From NCBI GenBank assembly GCA_965223325.1, contig CBDCWI010000002.1:3680001-3744000 (forward strand): a DNA stretch of 64,000 nt. The letters are read 5' to 3'. The position numbers and the translations under genes are program-made. The notes beneath the pieces are model-generated. The model worked only from the letters and a program-made list of their open reading frames with translations. It was not told where the DNA came from and made no database searches. The stretch comes from Candidatus Multivoradales bacterium. Lineage in GTDB: Bacteria > Acidobacteriota > Thermoanaerobaculia > Multivoradales > Multivoraceae. Positions within the stretch are counted from its first letter, which is position 1. Every line of letters starts with the position of its first letter. Below are positions 27,885-38,622 of this stretch, piece by piece.

Positions 27885-27918
27885 GTGGACTGACGTGGAG
27901 TGAAATGGACAATAGTGG
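27885..27918 (+). promoter_or_regulatory. MraZ-binding repeats
   Basis: GTGG/GTGG/ATGG/GTGG at exact 10-bp spacing (27885, 27895, 27905, 27915) upstream of mraZ. Confidence 0.75.
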
Positions 27919-28017
27919 ATTCAAATGCTAGCTTCGGCGGTCAGGACGTCAGGGTGACGGGGATTGTCCCCCGTGCGACCGCAATGCTTCTGGCGCCCGA
28001 GATTTGGGAAGTTCCGT

Positions 28018-28458
28018 ATGTTTCGTGGCAGTGCCTCGGCCAAGATCGACGACAAGGGTCGGCTCAAGATGCCGACTCCTTTCAAGCGACAGGTCCAGAA
28101 CGAGTTCGGTCCAGAACTGTTCTTGACGTCGCTCAAGGGCGACTGCGTCCAGATCTACCCGTTTGCCACCTGGGAACAAATCGAGCAGCGACTGGCCGGA
28201 GTCCCCAACACCCTACCGGCCAAGCGCCTGTTCGTGGAGCGTGTCAACTACTTCGGGCAGCAGGGCAAGCTCGATTCTCAGGGCCGCGTGGTCCTGTCTC
28301 CAATTCTTCGAGAGTCAGCAGAGATGGTGGGTGAGGTGGTGGTGTTCGGTGCCCTCGATCATTTCGAGGTCTGGAACCACGAGAACCTCAAGAACAAGCT
28401 GAAAGAGGTGCCGTTCACCGACGACGATCTCCGGGAGCTCAGCGAACTGGGGATCTGA
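28018..28458 (+). CDS. mraZ: Transcriptional regulator MraZ
   Basis: MFRG..KIDDKGRL..LDSQGRV..FEVW. Heads the dcw cluster. Confidence 0.95.
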   Translation: MFRGSASAKIDDKGRLKMPTPFKRQVQNEFGPELFLTSLKGDCVQIYPFATWEQIEQRLAGVPNTLPAKRLFVERVNYFGQQGKLDSQGRVVLSPILRESAEMVGEVVVFGALDHFEVWNHENLKNKLKEVPFTDDDLRELSELGI

Positions 28459-28594
28459 CCCCAGAGCGCACGGTGCGACCGGTGAGTCGAAAGGAACGAC
28501 CCCTGGCGAGGCCCCTGGCCCCGGGCGTACCGAGGGAGAGCTGTGGCCGCGCGAGGAGCAGGCCTGAGATCAACGTGGTGTTTTTGAGGAACCT

Positions 28595-29563
28595 ATGCCG
28601 GGCAGTGGTTTTGGCGAGACAGCCGAAGGTGGCGCGAACGACGGCGGTTGGCACGTCTCGGTCCTGGTCGAGGAATGCCTGCACTTTCTTGCGCCCGAAC
28701 GCGGCGGTGTCTTCGTCGACTGCACCCTGGGGCTCGGCGGGCACGCGCGAGCGCTCCTCGAGGCCAACCCTGAGCTCAGGCTGGTGGGAATCGATCGTGA
28801 CGCCGAAGCGCTCGAGATCGCGCGCCGGGAACTGGCGGAGTTCGGCGAGCGCGTGGAGTTTCTACGTGGCACGTTCGAAGACCTCGAAGAGCTTCTCCAG
28901 GCGGCAGGTCACGCAGCGGTGGCCGGAATCCTGGCGGACCTCGGCGTCTCGTCGCTGCAACTCGAACGCGCGCACCGGGGCTTCAGTTTCCGCCGTGATG
29001 GACCTCTCGACATGCGCATGGACACCCGCGGTGGCATGACAGCTGCCGACGTGGTGAACGGATATCCGGAGGAGCAGTTGCGAAAGATCCTCAGTGAGTA
29101 CGGCGAGGAACGGCGGGCACGGCGCATAGCGCGCCAACTCGTTCTGAGCCGCCAGGAGAAACCGCTCGAGACCACCGGCGACCTGCGCGCGGCGGTCGTC
29201 GCTGCGGTTGGATCGGGCCGTCCCGGGCGCATCGATCCCGCGACTCGTACGTTCCAGGCCGTCCGCATCGAGGTCAATCGGGAACTTGCCGGCCTCGATC
29301 GCTTCTTCGAGCAGACGATGCGTCTGCTCGAGAGTGATGGTCGCCTGGTAGTGATTTCGTACCACAGCCTCGAAGACCGGATCTCCAAGATGGCGCTGCG
29401 CTCGGCGGCTCGCGGTGAGGTCGATCCGATCACCGGCCGGCCGCTGTCCGAGACCCGCCTCATCGAGCTGCTGACCAAAAAGCCCGTCCGGCCAACCGAG
29501 GCCGAGGTGACGGCGAACCCGAGATCGCGCTCGGCGCGTCTGCGCGCTGCACGTCGTATCTGA
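28595..29563 (+). CDS. rsmH: 16S rRNA m4C1402 methyltransferase
   Basis: HVSVL, DCTLGLGGH, DLGVSSLQL, RGFSF, ISYHSLEDR, NPRSRSARLR. Confidence 0.97.
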   Translation: MPGSGFGETAEGGANDGGWHVSVLVEECLHFLAPERGGVFVDCTLGLGGHARALLEANPELRLVGIDRDAEALEIARRELAEFGERVEFLRGTFEDLEELLQAAGHAAVAGILADLGVSSLQLERAHRGFSFRRDGPLDMRMDTRGGMTAADVVNGYPEEQLRKILSEYGEERRARRIARQLVLSRQEKPLETTGDLRAAVVAAVGSGRPGRIDPATRTFQAVRIEVNRELAGLDRFFEQTMRLLESDGRLVVISYHSLEDRISKMALRSAARGEVDPITGRPLSETRLIELLTKKPVRPTEAEVTANPRSRSARLRAARRI

Positions 29564-29608
29564 CTCCCCCCTTCCTACCTTTCCCTTCGAGCGAGCTCGA
29601 TTTGTCTC

Positions 29609-29956
29609 ATGCGAACTGCCTACGCCATCAACCGACCCGTCGAAAATGCATGGTTGGTCCGCGAACGCGATCGCCGTCGTATGACGGAGTTGCTCGTGGT
29701 GCTCGGCATCGTGGTACCTCTCATTGTCGGTCTGCTCGGCTACACCTGGCTTCGCCATCAAGTGATTGCCATCGGAGCTGACACCAAGCGGGTCGAAGCC
29801 GAGTTGCTCGAGCGTCGCAACGAGGAGCGGCGACTACGGCTCGAAGTGTCACGGCTCGAGAGCCCGGCCCGCATCGAGGGGGTCGCGCGCGAAGATCTCG
29901 GTCTGGTACCGCCAAGCGTCGAGCAGCTCGTGTTCGTCGAACGGGGTGCGCCTTGA
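29609..29956 (+). CDS. ftsL: Cell division protein FtsL
   Basis: Single TM plus coiled coil, LESPARIE..A..LGL. Lies between rsmH and ftsI. Confidence 0.8.
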   Translation: MRTAYAINRPVENAWLVRERDRRRMTELLVVLGIVVPLIVGLLGYTWLRHQVIAIGADTKRVEAELLERRNEERRLRLEVSRLESPARIEGVAREDLGLVPPSVEQLVFVERGAP

Positions 29957-31923
29957 GAGTTCGCGTTCACGGGCGCGACCCGCGGCGCCACCGGGATCCG
30001 CGGGTGGTGGCGGCGGCTTCAGAAGCGTCGCTCGATAAGGTGGCGGCGCCCCTTCGCCCGGCGCGCTCGGTGACCCGTGGTCGCCTGGTATCGCTTGCTC
30101 TCGTGATCTGGGGGATGTTGATCGTCGGTCGCCTCTATTCTCTCCAGGTCGTAGAACACGAGCGCTACTCGGAAATGGCGGTCCAGAAGTACTCGGTGAT
30201 CGAACTCGATGGGCCACGTGGAACGATCTATGACGCGCGCGGTCGCGAGCTGGCGATCTCGGTTCCGGCGCCGTCGATCTACGCGGTGCCGAATGAGGTC
30301 GAAGACCCGGCCGCCACGGTCGCGGCTCTCGCCCGGGTTCTCCCGCTGGCGCCGGCCGAACGAAGAGTCCTCGAGCGTCGCCTGTCGAGCGACAGCACGT
30401 TTGCGTGGGTGAAGCGCCAACTCGAGCCCGAGGTCGCAAGCATGGTCCAAGCGCTCGGGCTCCCGGCGATCCATGTTCGCGACGAACCCAAGCGTTACTA
30501 CCCGAACGGGAGCCTGGCCTCTCAGGTCATCGGTTTCGTTGGTGTCGATCACCAGGGGCTGGCCGGTCTCGAGGTGCGGTACGACGAAACGATTGCAGGA
30601 AGCACCCTGCGTCGCACCGCACGGCGTGGTCGCAACGGCGGCTACGTACTCGATGACCGCACCCTCGAAGAACTGGCGCGGTCTGGAAGCGGTGCCGCCC
30701 TGCACCTCACGCTCGATGCCACGCTCCAGCACCTCGCCGAACGCGAACTGGCGCGCATGATCGAGGCGACACGGGCGCGTGCCGGCGTGGTCGTTGCACT
30801 CGACCCGGCAGACTCGGCGGTTCTGGCGATGGCTTCGCTCCCCAACTTCGACCCTAACGACGTTGCCTCTTCAGGGCCCGAGGACCGCCGCAATCGTGCC
30901 GTGATGGACGCCTACGATCCGGGCTCGACCTTCAAGGTCGTCACTGCGGCCTCAGTGCTCGAGAACATGGTCCTCCACCCCGACGACCTTCTGGACTGCG
31001 AGATGGGCTCGCTGGTCGTTCAAGGAACCCGCATCCGTGACCACAAGGCGTACGACATTCTCACCTTCAGCCAGGTGCTCGAGAAGTCGTCGAACGTGGG
31101 GGTAATGAAAGCGGCTTTGCGCCTCGGTGGGGGACGCTTCCTAGAGACCACCGAGCGTTTCGGCGTCGGTCAACGGACGGGGATTGACCTTCCCGGTGAA
31201 CAGACCGGTCAGATACGTCGCCAGGACTGGAACCGCGACATCATGGTCGCCTACGCCTCGTTCGGTCAGGGCATCACGCTCACCCCGCTTCAGGTCGCGA
31301 ACTTCTTCGCCGCGGTCGCCAACGGCGGCACCTTGCATCGACCCTACGTCGTGCGGGCGATCGAACGCGACGGCCGCAACATCGACCTGCGCCGAGAATC
31401 ACTCGTTCCCGACGGTCCTTTGGCTGGCGCCCCGGTCCGCCGTGCGATCAGCGAACAGACTGCCCAGACCCTCTTGCGCATCCTCGAGGGGGTGGTCACC
31501 GACGGCACAGCAAAGCGCGCTGCCGTTCCGGGCTATCGGGTGGCGGGGAAAACCGGCACTGCGGAGAAAACCAGCCGTCACGGCGTCTCCAAGGTCAACA
31601 AGATGGCGAGCTTCGTTGGCGTCGTGCCGGCTCGCAACCCACGGTTGGTGGTCCTCGTGATGCTCGACGAACCACGTGGGCTCACTCACGGGGGCACGGT
31701 CGCCGCGCCCGTATTCGCCAGCATGACGCGTGAGGCGCTGGTGTACCTGGGTGTTGCACCGGATGAGGACACGGGCTCCGACGCGACGGGAACCGAGTCC
31801 GCAGCACAGATCGCACGGTTTACCTTGCCGCTTCTCCCCGACGGCTCGCCGTCCGAAGATGGCGCCGAAGCGACCGAAGCTGAAACGCGGGTTGCCAGTC
31901 TTGCCGCGGGCGGAGGCCGCTAG
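29953..31923 (+). CDS. ftsI: Penicillin-binding protein FtsI (PBP3)
   Basis: RGTIYD, RYYPNG, PGSTFK, SSN, GKTGT. True start may be GTG near 30069. Confidence 0.93.
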   Translation: MRVRVHGRDPRRHRDPRVVAAASEASLDKVAAPLRPARSVTRGRLVSLALVIWGMLIVGRLYSLQVVEHERYSEMAVQKYSVIELDGPRGTIYDARGRELAISVPAPSIYAVPNEVEDPAATVAALARVLPLAPAERRVLERRLSSDSTFAWVKRQLEPEVASMVQALGLPAIHVRDEPKRYYPNGSLASQVIGFVGVDHQGLAGLEVRYDETIAGSTLRRTARRGRNGGYVLDDRTLEELARSGSGAALHLTLDATLQHLAERELARMIEATRARAGVVVALDPADSAVLAMASLPNFDPNDVASSGPEDRRNRAVMDAYDPGSTFKVVTAASVLENMVLHPDDLLDCEMGSLVVQGTRIRDHKAYDILTFSQVLEKSSNVGVMKAALRLGGGRFLETTERFGVGQRTGIDLPGEQTGQIRRQDWNRDIMVAYASFGQGITLTPLQVANFFAAVANGGTLHRPYVVRAIERDGRNIDLRRESLVPDGPLAGAPVRRAISEQTAQTLLRILEGVVTDGTAKRAAVPGYRVAGKTGTAEKTSRHGVSKVNKMASFVGVVPARNPRLVVLVMLDEPRGLTHGGTVAAPVFASMTREALVYLGVAPDEDTGSDATGTESAAQIARFTLPLLPDGSPSEDGAEATEAETRVASLAAGGGR

Positions 31924-33446
31924 TGCTTCTGTCGCAACTGGTGGCCGACTTGCCGGTCGAGCGCTTAGAGGCGGCGGTTGATCCGCAGGTCTCGGGGGTT
32001 GCCTACGACTCACGGCGTGTGCGAGTCGGCGATCTATTCGCTGCCTGGTGTGGTGAGCATGCCGACGGCCGGAGGTTCGCGCCGGCCGCGATCGAGGCCG
32101 GGGCTTCAGCGGTGTTGTCTTTCGATCGCCCTCTCGACGATGCGCCGCCAGTCGACGTTCCATGGTTGGTCACCGAGCGCCCTCGCGCGTTGCTCGGTAT
32201 TCTCGCGGCGCGCCTCACCGGCCACCCTGAACGAGCGCTCACCCTGCTTGCTGTGACCGGCACGAACGGCAAATCGACGACCGTCGAGATCGTGCGGCAG
32301 ATCATGCAGGCCGCGGGATATCCGACCGGCACGATCGGAACCATGGGGTACCAGTTCGGAAATCGAATCCTGGAAGGTGAGCGCACAACTCCAGAGGGTT
32401 CGGACTTCATCGCCGTCCTCGAGACGATGCGGGATGAGGGAGTGGCCGCGGTCGCCTTCGAAGCGTCTTCCCACGCCCTGGCCCAGGGCCGGCTGATGGG
32501 TATCGAACCCACCGTTGGCGCCTTCTTGAACCTGACCCGTGATCATCTCGACTTCCACCCCGACCTCGAGGCCTACTGGAGAGCCAAGCGCTCGCTCTTC
32601 TTCGGAGAGGCTTCTGCCCTTGCGAACTCTCCCTGCGCGGCGGTGGTCTCGATCGACGATCCCTGGGGTCGTCGCTTGGCGGACGAGATCGCCGCGGCCG
32701 AGGGACCCGCCAGACAACTGCTGACTTTCGGTGAGGGGGCGGACGTCTGTGTCCACGAAGAGACCCTGGACACCGCCGGAATTCGCGCTGTGATCAAGAC
32801 GCCGAGCGGCATGCTCCCGATCGAGAGCCGGCTTCTGGGACGCTTCAACCTGTCGAACATCCTGGCGGCGACGGCGATTGCAGAAGCGCTGTCGATAGAC
32901 CACGAGGCGATCGCCGCCGGAATCGCCCTGGTCGAGCCGATTCCCGGCCGGATGGAAGCAATCAACGCGGGCCAGTCGTTTCCCGTCGTCGTCGACTACG
33001 CCCACACGCCGGGGGCACTCGAGGCGGCCCTCGAAGCGCTGCGCGAGCTGTCGGGCAAGAAGACCGTCCTGGTCTTTGGCTGCGGCGGCGAGCGTGACCC
33101 AGGCAAACGATCGTTGATGGGACGCGTTGCCGGGCAGCTGGCCGAGCAGCCGATCGTTACCGACGACAATCCGCGCGGCGAGGACCCCGCGCTCATTCAC
33201 GCCGCCATCGAAGAGGGGCTCGAGGAAGCTGGCTGCGAGAACTACCGGCGCGTTCCTGATCGGCGCGAAGCGATTCGCCGCGGCATCGCCTTTGCCGCCG
33301 CACGCTCTGATGGTTGGAGCGTGCTGGTTGCCGGCAAAGGGCACGAAGACACGCAGACCACGGCGAGCGGCGAGCGCCCGTTCTCGGATCGCGATGAGAT
33401 CCTCGAAGCACTGGAGGGTACCGGTGGTACGGCGGCGAATCGATGA
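31923..33446 (+). CDS. murE: UDP-MurNAc-tripeptide synthetase (meso-DAP type)
   Basis: GTNGKST, EASSH, NLTRDHLDFH, DYAHTP, DNPR, GKGHE. Confidence 0.96.
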   Translation: MLLSQLVADLPVERLEAAVDPQVSGVAYDSRRVRVGDLFAAWCGEHADGRRFAPAAIEAGASAVLSFDRPLDDAPPVDVPWLVTERPRALLGILAARLTGHPERALTLLAVTGTNGKSTTVEIVRQIMQAAGYPTGTIGTMGYQFGNRILEGERTTPEGSDFIAVLETMRDEGVAAVAFEASSHALAQGRLMGIEPTVGAFLNLTRDHLDFHPDLEAYWRAKRSLFFGEASALANSPCAAVVSIDDPWGRRLADEIAAAEGPARQLLTFGEGADVCVHEETLDTAGIRAVIKTPSGMLPIESRLLGRFNLSNILAATAIAEALSIDHEAIAAGIALVEPIPGRMEAINAGQSFPVVVDYAHTPGALEAALEALRELSGKKTVLVFGCGGERDPGKRSLMGRVAGQLAEQPIVTDDNPRGEDPALIHAAIEEGLEEAGCENYRRVPDRREAIRRGIAFAAARSDGWSVLVAGKGHEDTQTTASGERPFSDRDEILEALEGTGGTAANR

Positions 33447-35055
33447 AGCGGTGGATGCCATGAGCGGCACGATCCAGCTCTCAGGGGAGGCCACCTCCAC
33501 GAAGGCCCTCTCCGCGAAGGCTCAGGTGGTGGGTGCTTCGATGTGGAGCGGCGCCGAGATTGACTCGCGACGGATAGCGGGCAACGAGTTGTTCTTTGCG
33601 CTGCCCGGCGAACATACCGACGGCCATCACTTCGTCGGCGCGGCGCTCGAGGCAGGGGCGGCGGCGGCGGTGATCTCAGATCGATCGCTGCTCGATGAGT
33701 CCAGGGTCAGCGGTCCGTTGATCTCGGTGGCCGATGTGGCCAGGGGGCTGCATGACTTGACCCGGGCAGTGCGGCACACCGCGCCGGCGAATCTGGTCGC
33801 CATCACCGGTTCGGCCGGGAAGACCACCACCAAGGAATACCTGGCCGCGTTCCTGGCAGAAGACTTTCGTACCGCAGCGAGCCCAGGCAATTTCAACAAC
33901 CTGCTCGGCTTCCCGCTTTCTCTGCTTGCCATCGCCGACGATACCGAGTGGATGGTCGCCGAGATGGGAATGTCCGAGCCCGGCGAGCTCCGCCAGGTCT
34001 CCAGCCTCGGAAGGCCCGACGTCGCCGTGTTCACCAACGTGCGCCCGGCTCACCTGGCTGGCTTTGAAGGCGCTCGAGCCCCGGGTAGTGACCCTCTGCG
34101 CTCGATCGCCGAGGCGAAGTCGGAGCTGCTCCTCGGCCTGGCCGCCGGTGGTCTGATCGTTGCCAATGCCTCCGACCCGTGGGTGACCTGGTTGGTTCAT
34201 CGCTTTCGCACCACGATCGATCCATCGGTACGGGTCGCATGGTTCCGCCTGGCGGAGGAAGCCCGGGCCGAACCGGCGGCGGAGGTGAGCAGAGAGTCCG
34301 CCTGGCAGGTCGGCGACCGTGAGCTGGTGGCGGAACATCTCGAGCCCCTTCTGCCGATTGGTACGTCGTTTGTGCTGACGGCTGGTCTTCTAGGGACCGA
34401 CCGCTCCCAGGGGGCTGGCTCGCCCGCCAGCAGGAGCAGCGTCTCAGTTGAGCTTCCGGTTCATGGCGAAGTCAATGTGCGCAACCTGTTGGCTGCGGCG
34501 ACGGCGGCGCACGCCATCGGAATCGAGCTCGAGACGATCAGAGAGGTCGCGGCGACGTTTGAAGCTCCCAGTGGGCGTGGGCGGATGTGCGAGCGCAGCG
34601 GCATTTCGGTCATCGACGACACCTACAACGCCAATCCCGAAGCCACCGAGGCGGCGCTCGATGCGGCTCGTGCGCACTACCTGCGAGCCGGGAAGCGTGG
34701 TCGGTGCGCCTGTGTTCTGGGCGACATGCGTGAGCTCGGTTCCGAGAGTGAGCGTTACCACCGGCGAATCGGTGCGCAGGCGGCGCGCCTTCTCTTCGAA
34801 CCCATCGTGACGGTCGGCATCGAAGCGCGCGCGACCGCAGACGCGGCACGGGAAGAAGGCGCACCAACCGTTCTGTCCTATGACACGGCCGACAAAGCAG
34901 CCGACGCCCTTGCCGGCAGGTCGCGCCCCGGTGACCTCTGGCTGGTCAAAGGCTCGCGCGGCGTGGCCCTCGAGTCGATCGTGCCAGTTCTTCTCGGTGA
35001 GCCTGCCGGTGATGGCGACACCAGCACCGGCGATACCAGGAAGGAAGTGAACTAG
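33424..35055 (+). CDS. murF: UDP-MurNAc-pentapeptide synthetase
   Basis: ITGSAGKTTTKE, NFNNLLG, EMGM, DDTYNANP, LGDMRELG, VKGSRG. Start GTG 33424 with GGAGG. Confidence 0.95.
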   Translation: MVRRRIDEAVDAMSGTIQLSGEATSTKALSAKAQVVGASMWSGAEIDSRRIAGNELFFALPGEHTDGHHFVGAALEAGAAAAVISDRSLLDESRVSGPLISVADVARGLHDLTRAVRHTAPANLVAITGSAGKTTTKEYLAAFLAEDFRTAASPGNFNNLLGFPLSLLAIADDTEWMVAEMGMSEPGELRQVSSLGRPDVAVFTNVRPAHLAGFEGARAPGSDPLRSIAEAKSELLLGLAAGGLIVANASDPWVTWLVHRFRTTIDPSVRVAWFRLAEEARAEPAAEVSRESAWQVGDRELVAEHLEPLLPIGTSFVLTAGLLGTDRSQGAGSPASRSSVSVELPVHGEVNVRNLLAAATAAHAIGIELETIREVAATFEAPSGRGRMCERSGISVIDDTYNANPEATEAALDAARAHYLRAGKRGRCACVLGDMRELGSESERYHRRIGAQAARLLFEPIVTVGIEARATADAAREEGAPTVLSYDTADKAADALAGRSRPGDLWLVKGSRGVALESIVPVLLGEPAGDGDTSTGDTRKEVN

Positions 35056-36131
35056 TGCTCTACCACTTCCTCTTTCCGCTCGCGGATCGCTTCGGTGCCT
35101 TGAACGTTTTTCAGTACATCACCTTCAGGACGGCGGGCTCGATCATGACGGCTCTCATCCTGAGTCTCTGGCTGGGCGGCCCCACGGTGCGGTGGCTAGA
35201 GCGTCTCTCGGTGGGCCAGAGCGTGCGTGAGGTCGGCCCCGAAAGCCATCTTGCCAAGACCGGAACGCCAACCATGGGTGGCGTCTTGATCTTGATGACG
35301 GTTCTTGCAGCGACTCTGTTGTGGGCCGATCCAACCAACCTCTACGTATGGGTCGCAGTCCTGGCAACCACCGGGTTCGGGGCGGTCGGCTTTCTCGATG
35401 ACTGGCTCAAGGTGACGCGTTCGTCGAGCGATGGCCTCTCGGCGCGCGCCAAGATGCTGGCGCTCTCGGTCGTAGCCGTCCTGGTGGGTGCGACTCTGGT
35501 CTACGCCAGTCCCTTCGACTCGTCGCTCGGCTTTCCGTTCTTCAAGAACGTCGTACTCGAGCTCGGGCCGCTCTACATCCTGCTCGTCGTCATTGTTCTG
35601 ACGGGTGCTTCGAATGCCGTCAACTTGACCGATGGTCTCGACGGGCTCGCGATTGGCGCCATCTTGATCGCTGCTGCGACCTATGCCGTCTTTGCCTACA
35701 TCGCCGGTAACTCTGTGGTGTCCGGGTACCTCCAGGTTCCCTACGTTGCCGGGGTCGGAGAGGTCGCGATTTTCTGTGGCGCGCTGGTGGGCGCGAGCCT
35801 CGGTTTCCTGTGGTTCAACTGTCACCCGGCCGAGGTCTTCATGGGCGACGTTGGGTCGCTAGGGCTCGGTGGTGCGATCGGTGTTGTCGCGGTGCTTTCT
35901 AAGCAGGAGATCGTGCTCGTTCTGGTTGGTGGGCTGTTCGTGATCGAGGCTCTGTCGGTGATCGTGCAGGTCATCTCCTACAAGACGACAGGGCGCCGCG
36001 TGCTGCGCATGGCGCCACTTCATCATCACTTTGAACTCGCTGGCTGGAAGGAGCCCAAGGTGATCGTTCGCCTGTGGATCATCGCGCTCCTGTTTGCGCT
36101 TGCGAGTCTTTCGACCTTGAAGCTGCGATGA
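35055..36131 (+). CDS. mraY: Phospho-MurNAc-pentapeptide transferase
   Basis: KTGTPTMGG, NAVNLTDGLDGL, FMGDVGS, MAPLHHHFE. Confidence 0.97.
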   Translation: MLYHFLFPLADRFGALNVFQYITFRTAGSIMTALILSLWLGGPTVRWLERLSVGQSVREVGPESHLAKTGTPTMGGVLILMTVLAATLLWADPTNLYVWVAVLATTGFGAVGFLDDWLKVTRSSSDGLSARAKMLALSVVAVLVGATLVYASPFDSSLGFPFFKNVVLELGPLYILLVVIVLTGASNAVNLTDGLDGLAIGAILIAAATYAVFAYIAGNSVVSGYLQVPYVAGVGEVAIFCGALVGASLGFLWFNCHPAEVFMGDVGSLGLGGAIGVVAVLSKQEIVLVLVGGLFVIEALSVIVQVISYKTTGRRVLRMAPLHHHFELAGWKEPKVIVRLWIIALLFALASLSTLKLR

Positions 36132-37528
36132 CGAATCCATGCCCATGGCGCGTTGCGCTGGTCTATGGCTTCGGTCTTTCAGGTCGTGCCGCCGCGCGCT
36201 TGTTGTTGTCGCGCGGCGTACAAGTGATCGTGGTCGACGAACGTTCGCGAGAAGAACTCGAGACCTCAGCCGACGCGGAGGTACGTTCAGAACTGGACTC
36301 TCTTGCGGGTCAAGCGGCGGAGTTCCATCTCGGCGAGGTCCCGCAGTCTCTGCCAGCAGGCGTTGAAGTGGTGGTGGTAAGCCCGGGCGTTTCTCCCGAT
36401 CGACCCCTGCTCGTGGCTGCGCGTCGCGCCGGCGTCGCGGTGATCGCTGAAGTCGAGCTCGCCTGGCGGAATCTTTCCGGGTCCGACCGGGTGATTGCGA
36501 TTACCGGCTCGAACGGCAAGAGCACAACGACGGCGATGGTTGGGCACCTGCTCGACGAGGCAGGCGTGCCAGCTCTGGTGTGCGGAAACATTGGTCGACC
36601 GATGGCCGATGCGGTCCTCGAGGTAGCCGCCGATACGACTGCGCGGCCGGTCTTCGTTGTCGAGCTGTCGAGCTTTCAGCTCGAGACCACCGAGACCTTC
36701 CACCCGCAGGTGGCAGCGCTTCTGAACGTATCGCCCGATCATCTCGACCGTCATGGAACCGAAGAGCGCTACCGCGTTGCCAAGGAGCGAATCTTCGGGC
36801 GCCAGCAGGCTGATGACACCGCGGTCGTGCGCGCCGATGAAAGAGAAAAGATGCTGACTCCGATCGCGGCGCGCGTTCGTTCTTTCTCGATTCACCAGGA
36901 AGTCGACGACGGTTGCTTTCTCGCCGGTGATGAGGTTCGCGAACGGGTGGCAAGCTATGAGCACCTGCTCTTCCCCAGGCAGTCGGTTGCAGTGCCAGGC
37001 CTTCACAACCTCGAGAACGCCATGGCCGCAGCTCTCATGGCGGGCGCATTGGGCGTCGACAGAAAGGCAATCGCTGCGGGTCTCGAGAGCTTCGTCGGGC
37101 TGCCTCATCGCACCGAACGGGTGCGTGACATGGGCGGCGTGCTCTGGTTCGACGACTCCAAGGGCACCAACATGGACGCGACTGCCCGTTCGCTCGAAGG
37201 TTTCGAGGACAAGAGCGTGCACTTGATCCTCGGCGGGCGCAACAAAGACGCCGATCCGCTTCTGCTTGCCGATGCCGTCTCGGCCAAGGCCAAGCGCCTC
37301 TATCTGATCGGCGAAGCCGCGCCCCTCTTCGAGGCGGCGCTAGGGAACCTTGTTCCCGTCGAGTCTTGCGGTGACCTGCACAACGCGGTGAAACGAGCGG
37401 CGGAGTGCGCGTTGCCGGGAGAAGTCGTTCTGTTGTCGCCGGCCTGCGCGAGTTTCGACCAGTTCGATTCGTACGCCCACCGAGGCGAAGTCTTCCACCA
37501 GCTCGTTGAGCAGTTGGAGGCACGCTAG
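36128..37528 (+). CDS. murD: UDP-MurNAc-L-Ala-D-Glu ligase
   Basis: GSNGKSTT, ELSSFQL, DHLDRH, DDSKGTN, LLSPACASFD. Confidence 0.96.
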   Translation: MTNPCPWRVALVYGFGLSGRAAARLLLSRGVQVIVVDERSREELETSADAEVRSELDSLAGQAAEFHLGEVPQSLPAGVEVVVVSPGVSPDRPLLVAARRAGVAVIAEVELAWRNLSGSDRVIAITGSNGKSTTTAMVGHLLDEAGVPALVCGNIGRPMADAVLEVAADTTARPVFVVELSSFQLETTETFHPQVAALLNVSPDHLDRHGTEERYRVAKERIFGRQQADDTAVVRADEREKMLTPIAARVRSFSIHQEVDDGCFLAGDEVRERVASYEHLLFPRQSVAVPGLHNLENAMAAALMAGALGVDRKAIAAGLESFVGLPHRTERVRDMGGVLWFDDSKGTNMDATARSLEGFEDKSVHLILGGRNKDADPLLLADAVSAKAKRLYLIGEAAPLFEAALGNLVPVESCGDLHNAVKRAAECALPGEVVLLSPACASFDQFDSYAHRGEVFHQLVEQLEAR

Positions 37529-37530
37529 CG

Positions 37531-38622
37531 ATGCCTAAGAAACGCGCAGTCGATCGCGCTCTGTTCATCGGAATTGCCGCCCTCGTCGCCTTTGGTCTGG
37601 TGATGGTGTATTCGGCGAGCGGCATCGACACCCAGTCGTCAGACGCGCCGGTGTGGCAGGTGTCACCTCTGGCGCGGCAGCTGGTGGCCACTGCTGTCGG
37701 TGTGCTTGCGATGTTCGCTGCGATGCACCTCGACTACCACCACCTCAAAGAGCCATGGGTGGTCTACGTGCTCCTCCTGGGCGTGCTCGGCCTCCTGGTT
37801 GCGGTGCTCTTCATGCCGATGCTCAACAACGCGCGTCGCTGGCTCTTTCTGTTCGGGTTTTCGTTTCAACCCTCGGAACTGGCCAAGCTGGCACTGGTTG
37901 TCTTTCTCGCCTACCAGATCGACCGTAAGCGCGACCGGGTCAACACGCCAACGTTCCTGGTCCCCGCCTTGGCCACCCTGGTCATGCTGGCCGCACTGAT
38001 TCTTCTCGAGCCCGATCTCGGGACGACGGTCATGTTGGTGCTCTCGGGAGCGGCGCTTTTGTTTCTCGGTGGAGTCGCCTGGCGCTATGTGGCTGTTGCG
38101 GGCCTGCTCTCGGTTCCGGCAGTCCTTCTCCTGGCGGTGATCGAGCCGCGCCGTTGGCAGCGCATCACGACCTTTCTCGATTCGAGCGCCGATCCTCTAG
38201 GCGATGGCTGGCAGATCTCGCAATCGCTCATCGCGGTGGGTTCGGGAGGCCTGACCGGTGTGGGGCTCGGTGAGTCGGTGCAGAAGATGGCTTTCCTGCC
38301 CATGGCGAACTCGGACTTCATTTTCGCGGTTGTGTGCGAAGAACTCGGCCTGCTCGGCGGTGGAGCACTGCTCGGCCTGTTCGGCCTCTTCGCCTGGCGC
38401 GGTTTTCGGGTCGGCGAACTCGCACCGGACGCTTTCGGTCGCTTTCTCGCCTGGGGGATCACCATGACCCTCACCCTCCAGGCTCTGCTCCACATGAGCA
38501 TCGCGCTCAACCTCCTGCCGACGACCGGTATGACCTTGCCCTTCGTGTCGTCGGGCGGAACCTCACTGCTCATTACGCTCGCCGCCTGCGGTGTGCTCCT
38601 CAACGTTTCGCAACACGTCTGA
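37531..38622 (+). CDS. ftsW: SEDS peptidoglycan polymerase FtsW
   Basis: MVYSAS, FQPSELAK, EPDLGT, DFIF..EELG, LPFVSSGGTS. Confidence 0.95.
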   Translation: MPKKRAVDRALFIGIAALVAFGLVMVYSASGIDTQSSDAPVWQVSPLARQLVATAVGVLAMFAAMHLDYHHLKEPWVVYVLLLGVLGLLVAVLFMPMLNNARRWLFLFGFSFQPSELAKLALVVFLAYQIDRKRDRVNTPTFLVPALATLVMLAALILLEPDLGTTVMLVLSGAALLFLGGVAWRYVAVAGLLSVPAVLLLAVIEPRRWQRITTFLDSSADPLGDGWQISQSLIAVGSGGLTGVGLGESVQKMAFLPMANSDFIFAVVCEELGLLGGGALLGLFGLFAWRGFRVGELAPDAFGRFLAWGITMTLTLQALLHMSIALNLLPTTGMTLPFVSSGGTSLLITLAACGVLLNVSQHV

